From Bacteroidales bacterium (lineage in GTDB: Bacteria > Bacteroidota > Bacteroidia > Bacteroidales > VadinHA17): a stretch of DNA of 64,000 nucleotides. Positions 38,701-46,386 of this stretch are shown in pieces. Position numbers and translations under genes: made by a program. Location: positions 12,653-76,652 of the forward strand of contig DATALD010000073.1 of assembly GCA_036261255.1 (NCBI GenBank), written 5' to 3'. The notes beneath the pieces were generated by a model that made no database searches, was not told the DNA's origin, and worked only from the letters and a program-made list of their open reading frames with translations. How positions within the stretch are numbered: the stretch's first letter is position 1; the number at the start of each line of letters is the position of its first letter.

Positions 38701-41700
38701 GTCATTATAAAGGAGTCTGGCATTTTGACAACAATGGACTTGCTGATTTTTCATCTTATAACAAATCAGCAACACCCTATAATTCTCCAACAACCTCATC
38801 AGGTAAAATAAACAATGCACTTCGGCTAAACAGATCATTAGATCAATATGCAGTAGTACAAAACGCTCCAAACATAAACTTTACAGGTAATGTGACTATT
38901 TCGGCCTGGGTTAATATGAGCTCAGGTGGAATAGATCAGAAAATTGCCGGAAACCAGAATGGCTCAGGTGGCTTTAAGTTTGGAATCTACACAAATAATA
39001 AGGTCGAGTTTGAAATCAGGAATTCAGCTAACATAGAATCATTGAACAGGGCTGTTGATGGTGGTACTGTTCTGAATACAGGACAATGGTATTACCTTGC
39101 AGGGATGAGTTCCGATATTCTTGATTCAATTAAAACTTTTGTTAACGGGATGCCTGAAAGACCATTCAAGAAAGACGGAACCCTGGGATTATCCTCTAAT
39201 AATCTCACAATCGGTAAAGAACCATTTGCTTCTGACTTATATTTCAATGGTATGTTCGATGAGCTGAGAATATCTGATAAAGTCCGGTCAGATGGTTGGC
39301 TGCGAACAGAGTATTATAATCAGAATTCTCCTTCGACTTTCTATACTGTTGGTAATGAGACAGCAAATGAAACTTTACCATCAATCGGCGAATGCAACGC
39401 TCCGCTAACACTCAGTTTTGGTTTTCCGACCGGAGGTGTATATTCAATTTCAGGTGTTCCGCTTACCGGTAATATTTTTGACCCTGGATTGCAGGGGCCA
39501 GGCACTTTTACTATTACTTATACAGCAGGATGTAAAAACAGATCAGTATCGAAAAACATTGTGGTCACTCCACGGCCTGTAGCCCCTGTTGCCCCAAACG
39601 TATCTTTCTGCTCAAATCAGATAGTATATCTCAGGGCTACAGGAACAAACATTGAATGGTATAAAGATGGGGTCCTTGTAAGTACTGCTAATCCTTATTC
39701 TCCTGAAGGCTTGCCATTGGGTACGCATATATATACTGTAACACAGTCTATTAATGGTTGTAAAAGTAATCCGACAACAGTTACACTTACAATCTCAGAT
39801 TATGCAATTGCAATACAACCACTTGATGTAACTATTTGTGAAGGTGATAATGCAACATTCACCGTTGCCTCAGCCGGATATGGCGCTGTATTTCAATGGT
39901 ATGAGGGTGCTTCTCTTCTTGCCGGGGAAACAGCAAACACTCTTGTTTTAACAAATCCCGGCCTGGCAAAAAGCGGAAAAATATATACCTGCACCGTGAC
40001 AAGTACCTGTGGAGCAAATGAAACAAGCAGTGGAGCTTTACTGAAGGTTACCCCCATTCCTGTTGCAACATTCAGTTATCAGTATGCAAGTTATTGCATT
40101 AATGCAGAAAATCCATCACCTGTGTTTATCGGAACTGCAAAAGCAGGCGTTTTTTCTTCAACGAATGCGCTTGACCTTGATCTTGATGCTTCATCAGGTA
40201 CTATCAATCTCTCGAATACGGTACCAGGAGACTATATAGTAACTAATACAATTGCAGCATCTGATGGTTGCGATGAAACAGTTGATACAAGCCCGGTAAG
40301 TATTACTGCTTCCTCAAATTGGATCGGAGGTACAACTGACTGGAATAATGGCAATAACTGGTCATGTCGTATACCACCATCAGGTGCTATTGATGTAACT
40401 ATATTTAGCGCTTCAACAATACCTGAAATTGTTACTGGCGGTGAAGGCTCTGTAAGAAACCTTACACTAAACTCCGGATCAGCACTGTCCGTTTCAGGCA
40501 CACTCAAAGTAGCTGGAACGATAACTAATAGTGGCACTTTAAATTCAACCAATGGTACAATTGAGCTGAATGGAAATGTCATCCAAACACTAGGCAGTGT
40601 TTTTGCTGCTAATACTGTTAAGAATCTTAATGTAAACAATGCTTCAGGTGTCGTCCTTTCTTCACCTTTGAATGTAACTGGTGTGTTATACCTTCAGAAT
40701 GGTAACCTTGATTCAGACGGTAACCTTACACTTGTTTCTGATGCATCCGGAACTGCGCTTATAAGTGTTGCAGGTTCATGGAATGTTACAGGCGATGTTA
40801 CAATGCAACGATACCTGCCATCGGGTTATGGTTATAAGTATTTTAGTTCCCCATTTTCAGATGCTACTGTTGATCAGTTTAATGATGAAGGATTAAATAC
40901 TGATTATAGCAGCAGTTTTAACTTCTTTAAATACAATGAAAACAACAAAGTTGGTATTACTCCTGTAAATCCCTGGATTAATATCTCAAAATCTACAGAA
41001 ATTCTTTCTCCAATGAGAGGTTATTCAATAAACTTTGGTTACTCATCCGCTCCCAAAACAGTTGATGTTACAGGCAATGTTACTAATGGCGAAAGACTTA
41101 TTAACCTTCAGAATAACTATCATCCCTATTCCCAGGGATTTAATCTTGTTGGTAATCCATATCCTTCTCCAATAGATTGGGAATTGATTTCCAGGAATAA
41201 TGTTGATAAAGCTTTTTACTTATATAAGTCTGGAACGGAAGATCCGTATGAAGGGGTGTATATTAGCGTAGTAGATGGTATTCCTTCTGATGGAGGAGAT
41301 GCATCCAATATAATTCCTTCAATGCAGGGCTTCTTTGTCCATGTACCGGAAATTTCGGGTGTCAATCCGGTTTTAGGATCACTAGGTTTTACTAATGGAG
41401 CCAGGATAAATAACAACTTTACCCAGCCTTTCTCGAAAAGTAAATCATTATCCTACAGTGAGCGATCACTTGTCAGAATAGCATCGGGATTTGCAGATTA
41501 TTCAAGTTTTTATGATCCCCTGGTTCTTTACCTTAATGATAAGGCAAGCTTTGATTTTGATGGCGAGTATGATGCTCTGAAGTTTTATAATACTGACTAC
41601 AATACACCAAGTTTCTGGAGCTATGGTAATGACGGTTCAATGCTTTCAATAAATGGAATTCCCCGGGTTGAAAGTGTTTTGCCTCCTATTCCACTTGGAT

Positions 41701-42149
41701 TAAGTACATTAAGAGATGGCGAAATTACTTTCAGACTTCTTGCCCTGGAAGGATCAATGAGCAGCCTTCCGGTTTATCTTTATGATGCTTCTACCGGAAT
41801 ATCTCATGATCTTTCAGCTGATGTGAATATTTATCTTGAAGCAGATGATTATGTTGACAGGTTCTTTCTGGGCTTCAGAGATATTACAACTGAAAGCAAA
41901 TCAGCTATTAACGATATTACTCCGCCGGAAATATGGAGCTCAGGCAAAAATGTTTACGCAAATATAAACTGCATTAACGGAAATCAGGGACTACTATCAA
42001 TCCTTGATCTGACAGGAAGAATTGTATTTACGCAAAAGATTTTAGATAATGGTCGCCTTGAGTTTAGTCCAGGGTTGAAGAGTGGGTTATATATTGTAAC
42101 CTTGGTAACAGATAAAGTAAGGGTAACTGAAAAGATCTTTTTGAGATGA
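35718..42149 (+). CDS. 2143-aa mosaic surface protein: twin glycine-rich modules, DUF2341/LamG, Ig-like repeats, T9SS C-terminal sorting domain
   Basis: One uninterrupted ORF with an N-terminal hydrophobic signal. The domain segments are listed as separate features below. Confidence 0.85.
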   Translation: MKAVNEILKSVFLNCLGTLYDIKFCLRLPFFLIFLAFGAKGISQPIEFTSNGSFTVPQGVTTIIVECWGAGGAGGGNPSNADGGGGGGGGAYARSALIVIPGTSYDIAVGAGGIGSNGNGTSGGDTWFGTPALVLAKGGSFGSQVSSNLPGAGGSGGLSSESFGDVVFSGGNGGRGRDNSTGRGGPGGSSAGINANGTSGSDPYLTTTAGAAPEDGGMGGDGGAAGSNGGAGNVPGGGGGGSGDGNRIGGDGADGFVRITWPSKLITSSGNFTIPAGVDHITIEAWGGGGAGGAATGNPAAGGGGAGGAYAFKHLDVVPSSIHYVTIGAGGTGGAGAGPSGGGSSFSSTSTIFAQGGAGGGLASANSSNGAGGVASSTSSIGDFVFKGGNGATGVYSTTVGYGGSGGSGAGSTGIGNNAVGQTGGAYKPLNGGAGANGPVGSAVGSAGSPYGGGGSGGHAGNNTNRNGGSGANGCVIVSWETPVFYYNGSGNISTPGSWRTVKNYPAANFTDDYQTFIIESGSEAVTSGAGWTVSGIYTKVIVRGTLTETQGSPVSLSSNTMLVIDDGGILNHNNNSLSIFGGARVISGSSTVNYGMIGNQTVLDAGYGNLTLSGSGLKTINNTIVDGVLSMEGTASVSAPVTYGANATLQYKSNQPQTTGPEFSSPFNYSGGVIFDNSAGVSLSGNCTVGGSITMKQGNISTGAFALYLSNNSPSSLIRISGTIIGKFTRNVSEISADYLFPVGTTDYYRGATLNFSILSAATDITSTFDESLPGSLIPPYSDGAESLNNLFTEGFWRFNNTGIITGTYSASLTSNNFTSYYFDETSRISCRTNNNPTWRSNGSHGSISGAIITRTGLNIFNNTSFDFAIATCDQKVTEGGYAFVKTITIDHTKVAGSSDLFNFPVMISFSGQDFLKNTPAGRISNPNGWDIGFTDIDNNKLDYQIEYFNGTNGDLIAWVRIPILSRSSNTVIQMVYGDPAVITDPSVNTVWDSHYKGVWHFDNNGLADFSSYNKSATPYNSPTTSSGKINNALRLNRSLDQYAVVQNAPNINFTGNVTISAWVNMSSGGIDQKIAGNQNGSGGFKFGIYTNNKVEFEIRNSANIESLNRAVDGGTVLNTGQWYYLAGMSSDILDSIKTFVNGMPERPFKKDGTLGLSSNNLTIGKEPFASDLYFNGMFDELRISDKVRSDGWLRTEYYNQNSPSTFYTVGNETANETLPSIGECNAPLTLSFGFPTGGVYSISGVPLTGNIFDPGLQGPGTFTITYTAGCKNRSVSKNIVVTPRPVAPVAPNVSFCSNQIVYLRATGTNIEWYKDGVLVSTANPYSPEGLPLGTHIYTVTQSINGCKSNPTTVTLTISDYAIAIQPLDVTICEGDNATFTVASAGYGAVFQWYEGASLLAGETANTLVLTNPGLAKSGKIYTCTVTSTCGANETSSGALLKVTPIPVATFSYQYASYCINAENPSPVFIGTAKAGVFSSTNALDLDLDASSGTINLSNTVPGDYIVTNTIAASDGCDETVDTSPVSITASSNWIGGTTDWNNGNNWSCRIPPSGAIDVTIFSASTIPEIVTGGEGSVRNLTLNSGSALSVSGTLKVAGTITNSGTLNSTNGTIELNGNVIQTLGSVFAANTVKNLNVNNASGVVLSSPLNVTGVLYLQNGNLDSDGNLTLVSDASGTALISVAGSWNVTGDVTMQRYLPSGYGYKYFSSPFSDATVDQFNDEGLNTDYSSSFNFFKYNENNKVGITPVNPWINISKSTEILSPMRGYSINFGYSSAPKTVDVTGNVTNGERLINLQNNYHPYSQGFNLVGNPYPSPIDWELISRNNVDKAFYLYKSGTEDPYEGVYISVVDGIPSDGGDASNIIPSMQGFFVHVPEISGVNPVLGSLGFTNGARINNNFTQPFSKSKSLSYSERSLVRIASGFADYSSFYDPLVLYLNDKASFDFDGEYDALKFYNTDYNTPSFWSYGNDGSMLSINGIPRVESVLPPIPLGLSTLRDGEITFRLLALEGSMSSLPVYLYDASTGISHDLSADVNIYLEADDYVDRFFLGFRDITTESKSAINDITPPEIWSSGKNVYANINCINGNQGLLSILDLTGRIVFTQKILDNGRLEFSPGLKSGLYIVTLVTDKVRVTEKIFLR
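35850..37160 (+). other. Two tandem glycine-rich modules (~218 aa each) of the giant protein
   Basis: Module 1 reads FTSNGSFTVPQGVTTIIVECWGAGGAGGG...GGGGGGGAYARSALIVIPGTSYDIAVGAGG...GFVRITW. Module 2 reads TSSGNFTIPAGVDHITIEAWGGGGAGGA...GGGAGGAYAFKHLDVVPSSIHYVTIGAGG...GCVIVSW. The boundary is near 36504. Confidence 0.6.
38361..39335 (+). other. DUF2341-like + LamG (concanavalin-A-like lectin/glucanase) segment of the giant protein
   Basis: GYAFVKTITIDHTKVAGSSDLFNFPVMISF...WDIGFTDIDNNKLDYQIEYFNGTNGDLIAWVRIP...IQMVYGD, followed by WHFDNN...ISAWVNMS...YFNGMFDELRISDKVRSDGWLRTEYYNQ. Confidence 0.6.
41922..42146 (+). other. T9SS (Por) C-terminal sorting domain of the giant protein
   Basis: The last ~75 aa read VYANINCINGNQGLLSILDLTGRIVFTQKILDNGRLEFSPGLKSGLYIVTLVTDKVRVTEKIFLR, which is the typical type-A CTD pattern. 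Confidence 0.65.
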
Positions 42150-42673
42150 TTGTAAAGTACGACATATTGATAAAGAGATGTATCAGAGCAGTAATTTTCA
42201 CCTGTTTTTTTGTCTTTCTGAATTGTGAACTTATGGCACAAGGCAAACCACCAAGACCCCCGAAACCAATAATAGTTGATGTAATTACAGGACTCTCATT
42301 TGGAACTTTTTATTCGGCAACCGGTGGAACAGTTACAGTTGCTCCTGATGGGGGAAGAACCCAGAGTGGAGATGTTGTGTTGTTATCAGTTGGAAGCACA
42401 TGTTCATCTGTTGAACTCCATATCCAGGGTGAGGCCGGAACAATAATAACACCAATGCTTCCCGTTGATGTTCAACTCACAGGACCTGGCACAATGATTT
42501 TTGATGTAGATTCTTCAGATCCTGTTTCTCCATTTGTTCTTTTGAAAGACAGGAAGGATCCTGATCCGAACAATGTAGTTAAACTGGGAGCTACACTTGA
42601 AGTTGGGATTCCGGCCGCCAATCCCGCTGGGGAATATACCGGTACGTTTGATGTGATATTTAATCAACAATAA
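42146..42673 (+). CDS. Divergent pilin-like subunit 3 (DUF4402-like) with proline-rich mature N-terminus
   Basis: Signal ...CELMAQ, then GKPPRPPKPIIVDVITGLSFGTF, and the C-terminal NPAGEYTGTFDVIFNQQ. The ATGA start overlaps the stop of the giant gene. Confidence 0.55.
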   Translation: MIVKYDILIKRCIRAVIFTCFFVFLNCELMAQGKPPRPPKPIIVDVITGLSFGTFYSATGGTVTVAPDGGRTQSGDVVLLSVGSTCSSVELHIQGEAGTIITPMLPVDVQLTGPGTMIFDVDSSDPVSPFVLLKDRKDPDPNNVVKLGATLEVGIPAANPAGEYTGTFDVIFNQQ

Positions 42674-42697
42674 TTCGATAAACAATTATCCAAAGAA

Positions 42698-45600
42698 ATG
42701 AATCCGAGAAAAGAGTACACCGGAATCAAAAAGAGATGGGGTATTCTTTCCCACGGAAAGAGTTTTTTTTTGCTATTGTTGTTGGCTTTCTTTTTCTCGG
42801 ATGTTGCAGCCCAGTATGATTTTGATTACGAAGAAATAAGCCTGATATACGAGATTAAAGGCATTGGTGTATTTGAAATGCCGGCTGTGATACGCGATAA
42901 TACTGTATTCCTTCCTGTAACTGACCTCTTTAATACTATGAAGATAAAAGCCCAGATCTCCGGTGATATGGATATTGTATCTGGTTTTTTTATTGATGAG
43001 AACAAAGAGTATTCGATAAACCATCAGGAAAATAAGGTAAGCTTCAGTGACAAAACATATCAGTTGACAAAGGGAGATCTCATAAGAACTGAAACAAATC
43101 TCTATATGCAATCCGAATATTTCGGTAAAATATTCGATCTCGATTGTTATTTCAATTTCAGGAACCTGAAAGTCACAGTCACAAGCAAGGTAGAACTTCC
43201 TGCAATAAGAGAAATGAAACTTGCGGAGCTTAGAAAAACCCTGGGCAAGCTCAGAGGCGAGGTAATAGCTGATACAACAATAAAGAGGACTTACCCTGTG
43301 TTCCGATTTGGGATGGCCGATTGGTCAGTCTATTCCTCACAGGAATCAGATGGCAATACTGATTTGCGTTTAAACGTTGGACTTGGCGCTATGTTGGCTG
43401 GAGGCGAACTTAAAACTTCACTCTATTATTATTCAAATACTCCTTTCAGTGAAAAGCAACAACAATACCTTTGGCGATATGTTGATAACGATTTTAAAGT
43501 AGTCAGACAGGTTATGGCCGGCAAAATTGCAGCTAATGCAACTTCTACTCTTTACAACCCTGTTGTGGGGGTACAGGTAACAAATACACCAACAACCTAC
43601 AGGAGATCGTTCGGGAGTTACACACTTTCAGATAAGACCGAGCCTGGCTGGACTGTTGAATTATATGTAAATAATACTCTTGTTGATTATGTCAAGGCAG
43701 ATGCCTCGGGTTTTTTTAAGTTTGAAATCCCTCTTGTCTATGGAAATTCATCGATCAAATTGAAGTTTTATGGTCCCTGGGGTGAAGAGCAGGTACGCGA
43801 ACAATTTATCAATATACCGTATAATTTCCTTCCTGAAAAATCATTTGAATACAAGATTAGTGCGGGAGTTGTTGAAGACACCTCATTAAGCAGATTCTCA
43901 AGGGTTGATATGAATTATGGTATATCACGAAATATAACAATCGGGGGAGGAGCTGAGTATTTTTCATCTTTATCATCGCAGCCCTTTATGCCATTTCTAA
44001 AGGCCTCATTTAATGTATTCAATAATGTCCTTTTATCAGGTGAATATGTTCATGGCATTAAAACAACAGGAATTTTTTCTTACAGAATGCCTTCAAATGC
44101 GAACCTTTCAGTTGAGTACATAAAATACACACCTGACCAAAAAGCCATAAGATATAATTACCTCGAAGAGGGAACAGCTTCTCTGACATTCCCTGTGAGG
44201 ATTAAAAACTTCTCAGCATACAACAGGTTTTCTGTCAAGCAGATAAAAATACCGACAACAAGGTTTTCTAATGGTGAAGCATATTCCTCCTTTACAAATT
44301 ACACATCGGGCGATTGGACCATTTCTGCATCTTTCCCCGGTGTAAGTACAAGTGTTTCAACTACAGCACTCCGTATAAGCGACTCTAAAGCCAACGTTAA
44401 CAGCAGCTTATCAATGTCAGTCAAGTTACCAGCGAACTTTGTTGTTATACCCCAGGCTCAGTATGGTTACAATAGGAAAGAATTCTACTCTGCCAAATTA
44501 GCTATTGAAAAAAGAGTAAAGGACAAAGCATTTCTTAATCTTTCAGTTGAAAAAAGTTTTATTAGCAATCAGATACAAGGTGAATTAGGGGTAAGGTACA
44601 ATTTTAGTTTTGCACAGGTCGGAGCTTCAGTTCGGCAGGTGAATAAGGTTACTTCATTAATTGAATATGCAAGAGGTAGTTTAATAAATGATGTTAAAAA
44701 AGGCTACATCGGCACAAGCAATCAATCCAATGTCGGAAAAGGAGGGATCTATTTCATTCCTTTCCTAGATATAAACGGAAATGGTGTAAGGGACAATGAT
44801 GAACCAAAAATTGCCGGGCTTGATGCAAGGGCAGGAAGTGGAAGGGTAGAAAAGGACCCACGTGATTCAACAATAAGGATACTTGGTCTTGAGCCATATA
44901 CTAAATGCTATGTTGAACTTGATGAGAGTAGTTTTGAAAACATTTCCTGGCGGTTGCCTGTAAAAGTATTAGCCATCGCAGTCGATCCGGAAATAATTAA
45001 ACATGTAGAGATACCAATTACTGTTGTCGGCGAAGCTTCAGGAATGGTTGTTCTGAACAGGAACAATATTGAGTCAGGATTGGGGCGTATAACAGTAAGA
45101 TTTTTTTCAAAGGATGGGAAGGTTGTTGCAAGTACATTAAGTGAAGACGATGGATATTTTTCATGGTTTGGATTGACGCCTGGTGAATATTCTGCAATGG
45201 TTGACACAAGTCAGCTTAAAAGGCTTGGGATGATCTCTGAGCCGGCAACACGACCTTTTACTGTTACACCAGGCCGTGATGGCGACATTATCGATGGTCT
45301 TGATTTCAGGCTTCAGCCTTCGGTAATTACTTCCCAGCCTGAAATAAAACAGGATACTCTTGTCGCGGTTGTTAAAAAACCTGAAACTGTTATTCGTAAA
45401 GACACATCAGTAATGGTTGTTCATGAGGTATTTGAAGAACTGGTGACAATAACAAAAGACAGCTGGGCTATCCAGCTTGGAGCTTTCAAAAACAGGGCAA
45501 ATGCAGAAAACCTGAGGAAGATGCTTGAAAGCCAGCTTGGAAGAAAAGTTGAAATTGTTATAGCGGATGATTTCTTTAAAGTGAGGATCAACGAAATACC

Positions 45601-46351
45601 AGATCGTCCTGAAGTAGACAGGATAATTGAAGTTCTTAAGAATAACGGTATTACTGAGCTATGGATAATTGGACTGAAAGCTAAACAACAACATATTGTA
45701 CTCAGAGAACGGCAGGATTCAGTAATAAAGATAGTGGAAACGAAGGTTGAAGAACCTGAAATGTTCGAGTCGAAGATCTTTATGCCAATGAATGAGGTAT
45801 TCTATAAGCTTGACAGGCCTACTGGTGTAATGATCGACCAGACAGTAATTAACATTATGAAGAGCCACTCTGAACTTGGCAAAATGAAGTTCAAGGAGAT
45901 CACTCCAAATGTCAGGATCATTAGAAGTGACACGACAGAGATAGAGGTTCCGGGAGATATTATTGTTGAAGTTGATGTTCAGCCTGAACCGGTTGAGGAA
46001 ATCATTGTTCAGCCTGAACCGGTTGAGGAAATCATTGATCCTGTTGTATTTACTTATACTACCCCGGAGCTTGTTTCAAAAGAAGTAAATACCCTGAGCA
46101 GGAGGTCTGCCCCTAAAACTGTTGTGGTTCCTAAGATCTCGTTGCAGGTAGGCGTATATTATAAAAAGGCTGAAGCTGTCAGAGTCCAGAAGAAGGTAAA
46201 ATCAAAACTGAATGTTCCTGTTAAGATTGTAGAGCAATGGGAATATTACAGGGTTATAATAACTGGTTTCACAAGCAGGGAAGAGACATACCAATACTAT
46301 CCTGAGCTTGCAGGTATGGGACTTCCTGCACCATTAATGCTTGAGGATTAA
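42698..46351 (+). CDS. Usher-like outer-membrane protein fused to CarboxypepD_reg-like and two SPOR domains
   Basis: Signal (LLLLLAFFFSDVAAQ). Beta-rich ~750-aa region with an usher-like segment, VELYVNNTLVDYVKADASGFFKFEIPLVYGNSSIKLKFYGPWGEEQVREQFINIPYNFLPEKSFEYKISAGV. A CarboxypepD_reg-like module lies at ~45016-45215. The SPOR domains are listed separately. Confidence 0.5.
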   Translation: MNPRKEYTGIKKRWGILSHGKSFFLLLLLAFFFSDVAAQYDFDYEEISLIYEIKGIGVFEMPAVIRDNTVFLPVTDLFNTMKIKAQISGDMDIVSGFFIDENKEYSINHQENKVSFSDKTYQLTKGDLIRTETNLYMQSEYFGKIFDLDCYFNFRNLKVTVTSKVELPAIREMKLAELRKTLGKLRGEVIADTTIKRTYPVFRFGMADWSVYSSQESDGNTDLRLNVGLGAMLAGGELKTSLYYYSNTPFSEKQQQYLWRYVDNDFKVVRQVMAGKIAANATSTLYNPVVGVQVTNTPTTYRRSFGSYTLSDKTEPGWTVELYVNNTLVDYVKADASGFFKFEIPLVYGNSSIKLKFYGPWGEEQVREQFINIPYNFLPEKSFEYKISAGVVEDTSLSRFSRVDMNYGISRNITIGGGAEYFSSLSSQPFMPFLKASFNVFNNVLLSGEYVHGIKTTGIFSYRMPSNANLSVEYIKYTPDQKAIRYNYLEEGTASLTFPVRIKNFSAYNRFSVKQIKIPTTRFSNGEAYSSFTNYTSGDWTISASFPGVSTSVSTTALRISDSKANVNSSLSMSVKLPANFVVIPQAQYGYNRKEFYSAKLAIEKRVKDKAFLNLSVEKSFISNQIQGELGVRYNFSFAQVGASVRQVNKVTSLIEYARGSLINDVKKGYIGTSNQSNVGKGGIYFIPFLDINGNGVRDNDEPKIAGLDARAGSGRVEKDPRDSTIRILGLEPYTKCYVELDESSFENISWRLPVKVLAIAVDPEIIKHVEIPITVVGEASGMVVLNRNNIESGLGRITVRFFSKDGKVVASTLSEDDGYFSWFGLTPGEYSAMVDTSQLKRLGMISEPATRPFTVTPGRDGDIIDGLDFRLQPSVITSQPEIKQDTLVAVVKKPETVIRKDTSVMVVHEVFEELVTITKDSWAIQLGAFKNRANAENLRKMLESQLGRKVEIVIADDFFKVRINEIPDRPEVDRIIEVLKNNGITELWIIGLKAKQQHIVLRERQDSVIKIVETKVEEPEMFESKIFMPMNEVFYKLDRPTGVMIDQTVINIMKSHSELGKMKFKEITPNVRIIRSDTTEIEVPGDIIVEVDVQPEPVEEIIVQPEPVEEIIDPVVFTYTTPELVSKEVNTLSRRSAPKTVVVPKISLQVGVYYKKAEAVRVQKKVKSKLNVPVKIVEQWEYYRVIITGFTSREETYQYYPELAGMGLPAPLMLED
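45464..45680 (+). other. SPOR domain 1 of the usher-like protein
   Basis: WAIQLGAFKNRANAENLRKMLESQLGRKVEIVIADDFFKVRINEIPDRPEVDRIIEVLKNNGITELWII. Confidence 0.6.
45977..46036 (+). repeat. Perfect 30-bp in-frame tandem duplication (2 x gttcagcctgaaccggttgaggaaatcatt)
   Basis: Read directly. It encodes VQPEPVEEII twice, in the linker between the two SPOR domains. Confidence 0.95.
46136..46330 (+). other. SPOR domain 2 of the usher-like protein
   Basis: ISLQVGVYYKKAEAVRVQKKVKSKLNVPVKIVEQWEYYRVIITGFTSREETYQYYPEL. Confidence 0.6.
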
Positions 46352-46386
46352 TTCTTTCCGGCTTTATAAGAAAGGTTACCAGCAAG

